Positions 63,480-64,000 of a DNA stretch of 64,000 bases are shown here, piece by piece. The first letter of the stretch is position 1. Every line of letters begins with the position of its first letter. The notes beneath the pieces are model-generated. The model did no database searches, was not told the origin of the DNA, and saw only the letters and a list, made by a program, of their open reading frames with translations. Source of the stretch: an uncultured Alphaproteobacteria bacterium. GTDB taxonomy: Bacteria > Pseudomonadota > Alphaproteobacteria > Rhizobiales > Beijerinckiaceae. The position numbers were made by a program, and so were the translations under genes. The stretch is from positions 929,951 to 993,950 of the forward strand of contig CAVXHJ010000010.1 of NCBI GenBank assembly GCA_963761435.1, given 5' to 3'.

Positions 63480-64000
63480 TCAACGGCTTCGGAGAAATCG
63501 GCATAACCCGCAAGTCAATGATTTCGGACCATTCTCGATTTTTTCTGTGGGAAATTTAGCCATCTTGTTCACCCCCTCCTCCGCCCCCTCATCTTCCCGC
63601 CCTTCGGCCTGCGCCTCGCCGCCGCCCCAATTGTGCGGGCCCATGTCGGCGTCGGTGGGTTTGCGGGGCCGTGTTGAGGGCAGGTTGGCGGCGCGGCCGA
63701 ATTTGCGCTCGCCGGCGTAGGCGCCGGCGGTCGCCTCGACGTCCGCCTGCCGCGCGAGCGGGTCGTCGCCGATCGCGAGCGCCACGTTCTGCAGGCGCTT
63801 GATCTCGTCGCGCAGGCGCCCCGCCTCCTCGAATTCGAGATTGCCGGCCGCTTGCCTCATCCGCTTCTCGAGATCGGCGATCGTGCCCTGCAGGTTCTGA
63901 CCGATCGCGGCGGAGTCGGCGAGGCCGATGTCGACGGTGACGTGGTCGGCCTCGTAGACCGAGCCGAGGATGTCCTGGATGCCGCGCTTGATCGACGCCG
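63480..64000 (-). CDS. uvrB: Excinuclease ABC subunit UvrB, C-terminal part (partial)
   Basis: [47 protein letters not shown] domain; true stop probably 63569 (..[12 protein letters not shown]) after a one-base error near 63611. Confidence 0.92.
   Translation of the reverse strand, partial: ASIKRGIQDILGSVYEADHVTVDIGLADSAAIGQNLQGTIADLEKRMRQAAGNLEFEEAGRLRDEIKRLQNVALAIGDDPLARQADVEATAGAYAGERKFGRAANLPSTRPRKPTDADMGPHNWGGGEAQAEGREDEGAEEGVNKMAKFPTEKIENGPKSLTCGLCRFLRSR

Noticed and set aside
63470-63565. Fourth copy of the promoter cassette
   Set aside because: Shares only CGCAAGTCA and AT-richness; lacks the N17 -10 box, the core and the 21-nt repeats.

Overview
High-GC chromosomal window from an alphaproteobacterium of the Hyphomicrobiales (inferred from pleC-pepN synteny, the smo polyol operon, a speF-type leader and DUF2865; possibly Roseiarcus/Beijerinckiaceae-like). 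It is mostly core and metabolic genes: odc, sohB, ettA, mobA, tusA, marR-emrAB, csp, pleC, pepN, murI, glsA-gltS, tRNA-Glu, an mpl-like ligase, xseA, gltX, a polyol (smo/mtlK) cluster, cobW-WD40 and the uvrB 3' end. About ten otherwise intact genes carry single-base frameshifts, probably long-read indel errors. The most unusual signal is non-coding. A dispersed intergenic cassette occurs three times: a TTGCGA-N17-TAnnnT-like sigma70 promoter plus a conserved IHF-like core, with four 21-nt repeats in two copies. At two of the three copies a ~290-bp MITE carrying a REP-like doublet sits exactly 10 nt upstream of the -35 box. Other notable items are a GH3-YdcF-(FAAL/A-T-Cys-TE-Ig) operon beside tRNA-Glu, a palindromic element apparently translated in-frame in an ABC binding protein, a pentulose kinase-HAD phosphatase fusion, a long uORF across the speF leader, and an IS5 element truncating an OLD-like ATPase. 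All calls come from reading motifs by eye; no database searches were run.
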